This document shows, in pieces, positions 1 to 7,052 of a stretch of DNA of 52,869 nt. The DNA is from a bacterium (GTDB taxonomy: Bacteria; Patescibacteriota; Minisyncoccia; CAIUEV01): NCBI GenBank assembly GCA_021779255.1, contig JAJYBC010000001.1, positions 1 to 52,869 on the forward strand. Direction: 5' to 3'. The notes beneath the pieces are model-generated. The model saw only the letters and a program-made list of their open reading frames with translations, had not been told where the DNA came from and made no database searches. The position numbers were made by a program, and so were the translations under genes. How positions within the stretch are numbered: position 1 is the stretch's first letter; every line of letters begins with the position of its first letter.

Positions 1-328
1 AACCACGGCTTATCTTTCTGAATTCATAGATTAAATCATCTAATTCAGCTTCAGAAATGACTAAACCGTAGTGTTTGTTGAATGTCTTTGAAAGAATCGT
101 AGCAAAGTTATGCTGACATAAATTAATATTATGATCAGCGTAAAAGGCTTTTAGCTCATTATCATAGTACGATTGTATCAAAGAAGCTTCTGTTTTGTTG
201 ATCTTTTTTACTAGTAAAAAAGGAAGAATAATTTTTTCAAATCCGTTATTCTTTCCTTCTTTTTCTTGGCTGAAATCAACATCAAGCAACGTTTGGTAGA
301 GATCAAAAAATATGGCTTGAGTAGGCAT
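1..328 (-). CDS. HAD-superfamily hydrolase, N-terminal part (3' end runs off the window)
   Basis: Reverse-strand ATG at 326-328. Translation MPTQAIFFDLYQTLLDVDFSQEKEG... has a HAD motif-I-like FFDLYQTL (DxYxT variant, as in haloacid-dehalogenase-type members). Open to the window edge, so absent from the ORF track. Confidence 0.5.
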   Translation of the reverse strand, partial: MPTQAIFFDLYQTLLDVDFSQEKEGKNNGFEKIILPFLLVKKINKTEASLIQSYYDNELKAFYADHNINLCQHNFATILSKTFNKHYGLVISEAELDDLIYEFRKISRG

Positions 329-422
329 GTAATTCAGTTTATCGGTCTAACGGGTCGCTTATATGGATTAGAATATCATAGAACTGTTTTTGGGTCAAAA
401 AAGTCTTTGTAGATTGATTAAC

Positions 423-451
423 TTGACACCTTAGTATCGTTTAGCTACATT
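423..451 (+). promoter_or_regulatory. sigma70-like promoter of the 630-5025 operon
   Basis: TTGACA (423-428), 17-nt spacer, TACATT (446-451). The predicted start falls at the first unit of the 13-nt repeat. Confidence 0.45.
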
Positions 452-454
452 AGC

Positions 455-553
455 AAGAAATATTATTAAGAAATATTATTAAGAAATATTATTAAGAAAT
501 ATTATTAAGAAATATTATTAAGAAATATTATTAAGAAATATTATTAAGAAATA
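455..553. repeat. Tandem repeat, 13-bp unit AAGAAATATTATT, 7 perfect copies plus an 8-nt partial
   Basis: Read directly: units start at 455, 468, 481, 494, 507, 520 and 533, with a partial at 546-553. Stop codons occur in all frames on both strands. Confidence 0.97.
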
Positions 554-629
554 ACTTACTGTTATTAGCGCATATAATCACTGTGATTTACCAGAAAAGC
601 AAAACCCCTTACCGATAAAACAGCGTAGT

Positions 630-1634
630 TTGTTACACAAAAAGCTGGATATTCCTAATTGTATTGAAAAAAGAATTAGCATCTCAAAAGCTGAAGGAGG
701 ACAAATAATTATTTTATTACGTACAGACAGTGCTCATCTTGCGAAATTTTTTACAATGAATTGGCTAGCTGATAATTCGTCAGTAAAACCAAATGCAATA
801 ATTATTGCTTTAAAGGGAAGCGCTAAGCTGTATGGCCTTAGTCAAGATCTTGACGGATTTCGTTGGTTTTGCCCAAAGACAAATCAAGTTTGGATGTTTG
901 ATAACGAATTCTATGGAAATATTAAGATAACTGTTCGTGGGTTATGCTCAGAAATTGTCCCCGCGGAAGAGACTTTTTTGCATGGCTGCTCAATGTCAAT
1001 AGATGGTCACGGACTAGTTCTTTCTGGATCGTCGGGTGCCGGCAAAACAACTTTGACCACTGTTTTTCGGCGTTTGCTTGGATCGAGATTAAAAATCATC
1101 AATGATGATTGGGGACCTTGTTCGTTGGTAAGCGGGCAACTGAAATTTACGGGTGAGCCACATTTACATATGAAATATCCAAGTGTTCATGCATTAGCAC
1201 CTAAAATTAATCTTAATCCATCTTTTTATCCTAGCGAGAATTTTCATGGTGATGTAAAAGATCCTAGGGCACGTTTACTAATTGATCCAAGGAAAGTCTT
1301 TGGCCAAAAAGACTTTATAAATGAAGCTAAATTACAATTATTTGTTATGGTTACACGTGATCCGTCTAAGCCAATAGGGATAAAATTTCTTTCGACGCGT
1401 GACCTATTTTTATTTGAGCAAGGCCAATATTCTGATTTTTACGAAAGAACAGAAAGATTTCTCAATGGCTCTCTTTTTTTTGTTAACAATAATCAAGAAA
1501 AAAGAGAAAGTAATCGATGTCGAATGCTTTTAAAAAAATTTCCTTGTATTAGTATTAATAACGTAGGAAATCCTGAAAAAACTGCGAAGCTTATACTCAC
1601 AGAGTTTGAAAAAATTATACTTTCTAAAAGATAA
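630..1634 (+). CDS. HPr kinase/phosphorylase-like P-loop protein (HprK-related kinase family)
   Basis: LHGCSMSIDGHGLVLSGSSGAGKTTLTTVFRRLLGSRLKIINDDWG matches the HprK C-domain layout (HG..V...G.GVLI.G.SG.GKS....L...G..LV.DD). The TTG start is from the track. An alternative ATG at 756 and no clear SD leave the start uncertain. Confidence 0.55.
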   Translation: MLHKKLDIPNCIEKRISISKAEGGQIIILLRTDSAHLAKFFTMNWLADNSSVKPNAIIIALKGSAKLYGLSQDLDGFRWFCPKTNQVWMFDNEFYGNIKITVRGLCSEIVPAEETFLHGCSMSIDGHGLVLSGSSGAGKTTLTTVFRRLLGSRLKIINDDWGPCSLVSGQLKFTGEPHLHMKYPSVHALAPKINLNPSFYPSENFHGDVKDPRARLLIDPRKVFGQKDFINEAKLQLFVMVTRDPSKPIGIKFLSTRDLFLFEQGQYSDFYERTERFLNGSLFFVNNNQEKRESNRCRMLLKKFPCISINNVGNPEKTAKLILTEFEKIILSKR

Positions 1635-1637
1635 ATT

Positions 1638-2810
1638 ATGTCTACAATTTGTGTTATCAAAAGTAGAAAATATCCTATAGAAGAAGAAGACATTGTTGAT
1701 GGGGGAACGCTTAATGCTCAAATTATAGTAAAAGAACTTATAAAAAAAGGTTTTAATATTGAGGTCTTTACGCGTTACGAAGGTAATGGCCGAAAGATGT
1801 TTAATAAACCAGGAATTCGTATATTTCGAGTTCCTTTTATACGTTCCAAAAAACGAAATGTATTGCAACGTGATTACGAAGAGGGGTGTTCTTTTATAAA
1901 AAGCGTAGTTTCCCATAGTGAGTTTCAACCAGAAAAATATATCTGTATTCACACTCATCATTGGACATCGGGCGTTGGTCTTGAGTCCTTTATTCCTAAG
2001 CAATTAAAACTTATTCATACACCGCATTTATTGGCCATAGAAAAAGCGTACTATAATAAACTTTCATTTTCCTCTTGCATTAAAGCTTGCGAACAAGCGC
2101 TTATCAACAGAGCTAATCATGTCATTGCCCTATCTAAAAGCGAGAAAGAAGCCTTAATCGTTAAGTATGGGTGTAATAAAGAAAAAATAATATTAGCTCC
2201 CAATGGAGTTGATTCTGTTTTTTTTAAAATTCCTTTACCAAAAAAAGAAAATATTAATACGTTACCACTTCTTTTTATTGGACGGCGTTGTCGTCAAAAA
2301 GGGAGTGATATTTTGCTAGAAGCTGTTAAACAAATTTCAAAAAAAGACATTCCAATTTCACTTCGTTTGGTAGGTGGTTCATATGGAGAAGCTAATTTTG
2401 ATAAATTAATTGAGTCGCGAATTCAAAAATTACTGTCCTCTTGTGTTATAAAACAGTTCGAAGAAGTCTCGCATAATCTTATTCCATCTCTAATAAAAGA
2501 TAGTCTTATATATGTTCAACCTTCTCGTTATGAAAGTCAAGGCGTTGCCATTTTGGAGGCAATGGCTGCCGGACGGATTGTTATTGCTTCTAACCTTCCT
2601 GCAATTAGCGAGTACATTTGTCACGGTAAAAATGGTTTTTTAGTTGATTCTGAAAACTCGAACGCTCTTGCAAAAAGTATAATGGAATTACTTATTAATC
2701 CTGAAAAATCAATTTTATTAGCACGTGCCGCTCGAGAAACGGCAAAAAATTATACATGGTCTCATATGTTGAAAAGCATATTACCGCTTTTCGAAAGTAA
2801 TCAAATTTAA
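1638..2810 (+). CDS. Glycosyltransferase, GT1/GT4 family (GT-B fold)
   Basis: C-terminal PSRYESQGVAILEAMAAGRIVIAS...GFLV (EX7E-type motif). ATG lies 3 nt after the upstream stop. Confidence 0.8.
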   Translation: MSTICVIKSRKYPIEEEDIVDGGTLNAQIIVKELIKKGFNIEVFTRYEGNGRKMFNKPGIRIFRVPFIRSKKRNVLQRDYEEGCSFIKSVVSHSEFQPEKYICIHTHHWTSGVGLESFIPKQLKLIHTPHLLAIEKAYYNKLSFSSCIKACEQALINRANHVIALSKSEKEALIVKYGCNKEKIILAPNGVDSVFFKIPLPKKENINTLPLLFIGRRCRQKGSDILLEAVKQISKKDIPISLRLVGGSYGEANFDKLIESRIQKLLSSCVIKQFEEVSHNLIPSLIKDSLIYVQPSRYESQGVAILEAMAAGRIVIASNLPAISEYICHGKNGFLVDSENSNALAKSIMELLINPEKSILLARAARETAKNYTWSHMLKSILPLFESNQI

Positions 2811-2818
2811 TTATAAAT

Positions 2819-3988
2819 ATGAATTCAACTATAATTTTAGCACCACAGGAAACTCACGATCAATCTCGTCAACAAATTATGAAGGATCGCGCTATCAGAA
2901 CCGCCAATATTTTAAAAAAACAGGCTGGAATTGTTGGTATTTTACTCTCTGGTAGTGTGGTAAGAGGTCCGGTTAGTGAATCTAGTGATCTTGATTTGCA
3001 TGTTATTGTTTCCAATAAATTTAGTGGTGTTTTACCTGAATGGACTTTTCATAAAGAAGGGATTATTGAGAATTTACATACAATACGAGAAGATGAACTT
3101 TTTAATGGGTGGTGCGTTCGTAAAAACGAAAATCTTCTGGCCTTTTGGTTTTATAGAACAAAATTTGGTGATCAACTTAATTGTTTTGTGCCTTTGTGGT
3201 GGAGCTCAAATACAAAATGGCAGGAAAGGTTACTTGTTTTGTTAGCGTTTCGACAGAATTTGAATATTGAAAAAAAGATAGCTCAATATTATATAAAATC
3301 AGCTCGCTTATCTTTGGATCAAGCGCAAAAGGCATGTATTAGTGGTGCTTATTACGATAGTCATCATAATCTAAGAATGGCTTTCCAATCAACATTAACA
3401 GCCGCGATGATTAATCGAAACTGGATTATTCGTGGATCAAAAAAAAGAATAGAAATAGCCCAAGCTTTTCTACCTGATTCGAAAATCAAATTCTTACTAG
3501 ATGCTGGTCTGGATATTATTGATTTAAAAAATATAACTTTTAACCAGGCTAAAAACTTATGTAAGAAACGCCTTCGATATAGAAGAACATTCATTGATGA
3601 GTTGTATAGGCTAAAAGAGCAACATAAATCTAATGAAACTGTTAATAATAAATTAAAATTGGTTATTAAGAATCAAGAAAAACATGATTCGATGGCTTAT
3701 GACTATTATGAGTCGCTTTTAGCTAATAATATAATCTTTGGTCCGATTAATCACATTAGATGTTTTTCGGGATTATCTCAAATTCCGCAAACAATTATCT
3801 CGTGTTTTTATCATAAGAATAGTCGCTGGCCAATGAATAAATTTATAAATTCAAGTTTATTCTCAAAATCGGTACGGAATGATTGGCTTGAAATAATGAG
3901 TTTGACGTCGTCAAATAAACGTTGCGTTCAATTATCTTTGCGATTGATTAAATCTATAGATAGCTGTTGGTTAACAAATAATATTTGA
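2819..3988 (+). CDS. Pol-beta-superfamily nucleotidyltransferase domain protein with a large helical C-terminal region
   Basis: GILLSGSVVRGPVSESSDLDLHVIV is the G[SG]x9-12DxD minimal NTase motif. The remaining ~300 aa have no motif I recognise. Confidence 0.6.
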   Translation: MNSTIILAPQETHDQSRQQIMKDRAIRTANILKKQAGIVGILLSGSVVRGPVSESSDLDLHVIVSNKFSGVLPEWTFHKEGIIENLHTIREDELFNGWCVRKNENLLAFWFYRTKFGDQLNCFVPLWWSSNTKWQERLLVLLAFRQNLNIEKKIAQYYIKSARLSLDQAQKACISGAYYDSHHNLRMAFQSTLTAAMINRNWIIRGSKKRIEIAQAFLPDSKIKFLLDAGLDIIDLKNITFNQAKNLCKKRLRYRRTFIDELYRLKEQHKSNETVNNKLKLVIKNQEKHDSMAYDYYESLLANNIIFGPINHIRCFSGLSQIPQTIISCFYHKNSRWPMNKFINSSLFSKSVRNDWLEIMSLTSSNKRCVQLSLRLIKSIDSCWLTNNI

Positions 3989-3999
3989 TTGGAAATTTT

Positions 4000-5025
4000 A
4001 TGAAAAATGTAAAAAGGGTAAAGATTAAACTTCCTATTCCTGGTAAGACACCATTGACCAAGTGTAATGGTCTTTTTGGTATTCAAAATTTATTTATGAA
4101 AGATGAAACAAAAAATCCTAATCATACTTTTAAAGACAGATTAGCTTATGAGGCTGTGAAACCTATTATGGAAGCAATAAATTTAAATAAAAAATTTACA
4201 AAAACCACTTTTGGTTCCATCTCGTATGGCAATACAGCTTATAGTTTAGGGTACTACACTTCGGTGCTTAATAAACTAGCCAAAGAAAAAATTGTTAATA
4301 TGGTCTCTTTTGTTCCTCCATTCTTAAAAAATAAAACTTTTGGTCCAAACACTGATGGTCAATTTGTGTTTCCAAAAACTTATTTTAGAAAAATGTTTCA
4401 TAATTTTGATAGTGCTGATTTTATAGAGATAGATTTAACAAAAAAAATCTATAATTCTAATGATTTAGAAAATATTGCTAGGGCGAGATGCCTCGTCGAG
4501 GATAAATTTATTGATGTGACAGAGGGATTAGATCGACCTGCGTATGTAAATATAATTATAGAAGCTATAGAGCAACAATTAAAATCTGCCCCTGACTATA
4601 TAATAGTTCCTTTTGGCGCCGGTATTTTGTGTGATGAAGTGATTGATTATATAAAAGATAACAATCTATCGTCAAAAGTTATACCTGTTAGTTCTGGCGA
4701 CCCAAAGACAATAGCAGTGATGTTATATGGTCCTATTTGGGTCGATACAAAAGTGTTGCTAGAGGAGGGAAGTGCTTTAACGAGACATAAAATTCCTGAT
4801 AAGAAAGTTCGATTTAGAGAACAATATAGAGTTTATCATGTTGATGATAGTGAAATAAAAAATGCAATGGAAATTTTAAATAAAGCAAGAATCAGCGCCG
4901 AAGCAAGTGGGGCATCTGGATTTGCAATTTTATCTAGACTAAAAAAAATAGATCCTAAATTCGATTCAAAAAAACATTCAGTTTTGGTAATCAATACCGG
5001 TAATGGTCTTTCAAATTTTTCCTAA
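4000..5025 (+). CDS. Fold-type-II PLP-dependent enzyme (threonine synthase / cysteine synthase-like)
   Basis: NPNHTFKDRLAYEAV (PLP-lysine motif, cf. NPTGSFKDR), GNTAYSLG, and the glycine loop VPFGAGIL. The track starts at TTG 3985; I prefer ATG 4000 (MKNVKRV...). Confidence 0.6.
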   Translation: MKNVKRVKIKLPIPGKTPLTKCNGLFGIQNLFMKDETKNPNHTFKDRLAYEAVKPIMEAINLNKKFTKTTFGSISYGNTAYSLGYYTSVLNKLAKEKIVNMVSFVPPFLKNKTFGPNTDGQFVFPKTYFRKMFHNFDSADFIEIDLTKKIYNSNDLENIARARCLVEDKFIDVTEGLDRPAYVNIIIEAIEQQLKSAPDYIIVPFGAGILCDEVIDYIKDNNLSSKVIPVSSGDPKTIAVMLYGPIWVDTKVLLEEGSALTRHKIPDKKVRFREQYRVYHVDDSEIKNAMEILNKARISAEASGASGFAILSRLKKIDPKFDSKKHSVLVINTGNGLSNFS

Positions 5026-5065
5026 TTGTTAAAATTAGAAATTAATCTCAAGTTAGAACCAAATA

Positions 5066-5088
5066 AAAGGCTTGTTAAAGCCTTTTTT
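5066..5088 (+). terminator. Rho-independent terminator of the 630-5025 operon
   Basis: AAGGCTT-GTTA-AAGCCTT stem-loop followed by TTTTTT. Confidence 0.7.
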
Positions 5089-5106
5089 GGGTCGTATTTT
5101 CATCAG

Positions 5107-5178
5107 CTGGGGTGGTAGGATTCGAACCCACGATTTTCTCGTTCAGAGCGAGATGCCTTACCACTTGGCCACACCCCA
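5107..5178 (-). tRNA. tRNA-Gln (anticodon CUG)
   Basis: Reverse complement UGGGGUG...CACCCCAG folds as a cloverleaf. Anticodon arm UCUCG-CUCUGAA-CGAGA, T arm GUGGG-UUCGAAU-CCUAC. CCA is not encoded. Confidence 0.9.
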
Positions 5179-5206
5179 AAAATAAAATTTTCAACCTGAA
5201 AAAAAC

Positions 5207-5231
5207 GGGCGGGCACAAGGCCCGCCCCTAC
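5207..5231. repeat. GC-rich hairpin with CTAC tail (REP-like)
   Basis: GGGCGGGC-ACAAG-GCCCGCCC (8-bp perfect stem) followed by CTAC. The reverse complement reads GTAG plus palindrome. Confidence 0.6.
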
Positions 5232-5390
5232 ATTACGATTTTTTTATGAAAAAATCAAAAAATAGGAATACGCATAGAAAGGAGATGTCGAAATAAATTC
5301 GGCATGACAATTGGATAAATACAAATACAGAAACCTAGATTGCCCGGTCGTGGCCGGTCAATGACAATGTTATGGGGGTGCTCCTATAAA

Positions 5391-5765
5391 TTATACGTCT
5401 TCCTTGCGCATAAAACCAGATTTTTTGAGAGTAACTTTGAATTCCGGTTCGTAGCGATTATTGTTTTCGTCGACAATTTTGACGTTTTGACCTTTCATAA
5501 TAGTGGCCATAGCGATGTCGTTGATGAGCTGTTGATCGGCATTGATATCGTCGCGCAGACTTTCTAGTTTATCATAAGCTTCACCCATATCAACTTGCAC
5601 GTCGTTTTCAATTTGTTGTTTTTTAGTGCGCATTGTCTTGATTTCTTCAATTAGATTTTTGTAACGCTTGTCGTTGTCTAGCCCGTCTTTGTACATAGCG
5701 CGCAAATCTTTGAGCTTTTTTTTCTTCTCTTGCATGCGGTCAAAAACCGCTTGGATGTTTTGCAT
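5391..5765 (-). CDS. Hypothetical coiled-coil protein (124 aa)
   Basis: Longest ORF at this locus, charged heptad-like sequence, no recognisable motif. It is bracketed by REP-like elements and sits next to tRNA-Gln. Confidence 0.5.
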   Translation of the reverse strand: MQNIQAVFDRMQEKKKKLKDLRAMYKDGLDNDKRYKNLIEEIKTMRTKKQQIENDVQVDMGEAYDKLESLRDDINADQQLINDIAMATIMKGQNVKIVDENNNRYEPEFKVTLKKSGFMRKEDV

Positions 5766-5854
5766 GATCGATTTTTAAAATTTATTTTTTAGCACCTTTC
5801 GATTATAAAGAAGCTTTTTATTTTTCAAAAGTTTAGAAGGATGATATGGTGAAA

Positions 5855-5956
5855 GGGCAGGTCGCGACCTGCCCGTACAAGGCCTGCCCGTACAAGCCTT
5901 GCCCGTACTAAATCATTCCCGCCAAGGCCTGCCCGTACAAGATCTGCCCGTACGTA
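5855..5956. repeat. REP-like element: 20-bp perfect palindrome plus five copies of CTGCCCGTAC
   Basis: GGGCAGGTCGCGACCTGCCC (5855-5874), then CCTGCCCGTACAAGG-type units at about 5868, 5883, 5897, 5928 and 5943. Confidence 0.9.
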
Positions 5957-5982
5957 CTGATAAAAAATTAAAAATTCTATTT

Positions 5983-6555
5983 ATGAGTAAAATCTTCTTA
6001 CAATCTTTCTTGAAAAATCCGCGGCAAACTGGGTCGATTGTCCCCAGTTCGGTTTTTTTGGTTAAAAAATTAACCGATCCGGTAGATTATGAAAAATCTA
6101 AAATTTTGGTGGAGTTTGGAGCAGGGAACGGAGTGGTAACCAAAACGATTTTGCGTAAAATGCGTGATGACGCGATCTTGGTTTGCATAGAGATAGAGGA
6201 AAAACTTTGTCGAGAAATCAAAAAAAAGATTAAAGATCCGCGTTTGAAGTTGATCTGTGGTGGGGCAGGGGATTTGGGTGATTTTTTGCGGGAACTAAAA
6301 ATTGAGCAGGTGGATTACATCATTTCAGAACTACCGTTGGTTAGTTTGCCAGCTGAAATGGTGGAAAATATCTTAATTTCGGCTAAAAAATATCTAAAGC
6401 CGGACGGTAAATACATTCAAATGCAATATTCGCTACTAGGGCTCAAGAAATTAAAAAGACATTTTTCGGAGGTAAAAATTAGCTTTACGCCACTAAATAT
6501 TCCACCCAGTTTTGTATATATTTGTTCTTTATCACTCTCCCTTGACGAGTGCTAA
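5983..6555 (+). CDS. Class I SAM-dependent methyltransferase (COG3963-like)
   Basis: MSKIFLQSFLKNPRQTGSIVPSS... and VEFGAGNGVVT (SAM motif I). The track start TTG 5899 would read through the repeat array, so ATG 5983 is preferred. Confidence 0.65.
   Translation: MSKIFLQSFLKNPRQTGSIVPSSVFLVKKLTDPVDYEKSKILVEFGAGNGVVTKTILRKMRDDAILVCIEIEEKLCREIKKKIKDPRLKLICGGAGDLGDFLRELKIEQVDYIISELPLVSLPAEMVENILISAKKYLKPDGKYIQMQYSLLGLKKLKRHFSEVKISFTPLNIPPSFVYICSLSLSLDEC
6529..6555 (+). promoter_or_regulatory. CIRCE (HrcA operator) upstream of groES
   Basis: TTATCACTC-N9-GAGTGCTAA versus consensus TTAGCACTC-N9-GAGTGCTAA (1 mismatch). It overlaps the last codons and stop of the methyltransferase ORF. Confidence 0.75.
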
Positions 6556-6679
6556 ATTTATGATAAGATGAAATTGGCTAGAGTGTATTTCTAATACGCT
6601 CGCGATGTTCGCGTGATCTAGGCGAACAATTATTCGCTCGTGCGAGGTGTTAATAATTTAATATTTAAATCAAAAAGCT

Positions 6680-6955
6680 ATGGCAACGTTGATCAAACCC
6701 TTGGGAGACAATGTTCTGATCAAGGTCACGAAATTAGAGAAGAAAACTAAAAGTGGTATTGTTTTGCCGGAAACGGCCGAAGACGAAAAACCGCAAATGG
6801 GCGAAGTTATGGCTGTCGGTAATGACGAAAAGAAAATTCAAGTTAAGACTGGCGATAAGATTATTTTTGCCAAATATGCCGGCACCGAAGTTAAAATGGA
6901 TGATGAAGAATATTTAATTTTAAAATCGGAAGACATTTTGGCAATAGTAATGTAA
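6680..6955 (+). CDS. groES: Co-chaperonin GroES
   Basis: [16 protein letters not shown]...SGIVLPETA...GEVMAVG...[14 protein letters not shown], typical Cpn10. Confidence 0.95.
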   Translation: MATLIKPLGDNVLIKVTKLEKKTKSGIVLPETAEDEKPQMGEVMAVGNDEKKIQVKTGDKIIFAKYAGTEVKMDDEEYLILKSEDILAIVM

Positions 6956-6958
6956 GAA

Positions 6959-7047
6959 GGGACAGGTCGCGACCTGTCCGTACCGACCTGTCCGTACCGA
7001 CCTGTCCGTACCGACCTGTCCGTACCGACCTGTCCGTACCGACTCGG
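6959..7047. repeat. REP-like element: 20-bp perfect palindrome plus a 5x tandem 14-bp array
   Basis: GGACAGGTCGCGACCTGTCC (6960-6979). CGACCTGTCCGTAC repeats at 6970, 6984, 6998, 7012 and 7026, then a partial CGACTCGG. Confidence 0.95.
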
Positions 7048-7052
7048 TAATG

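Noticed and set aside
455-553. Type III toxin-antitoxin RNA array (ToxI-like tandem repeats upstream of a toxin gene).
   Set aside because: The unit is only 13 nt, whereas known arrays use units of about 34-45 nt. No terminator separates the array from the ORF, and the downstream genes look like biosynthetic or tailoring enzymes, not an endoribonuclease.
1493-2003. Antisense ORFs nested in clear genes (for example 1493-1693, 1530-2003, 7273-7509, 7867-8151, 11289-11558, 19509-19883, 36098-36597 and 51517-51876).
   Set aside because: They lie opposite well-supported genes and translate to low-complexity or repeat-like sequence with no motifs, as is typical of shadow ORFs in AT-rich DNA.
5899-5982. 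Long N-terminal extension of the methyltransferase from TTG 5899.
   Set aside because: The extension is a read-through of the REP-like repeat array (it translates to repeated LPVQ-type units). The conserved N-terminus starts at ATG 5983.
6959-7047. Possible CRISPR array, given the regularly spaced GC-rich repeats.
   Set aside because: The 14-bp units are directly abutting with no spacers. The unit is far shorter than CRISPR repeats, and no cas genes are present.
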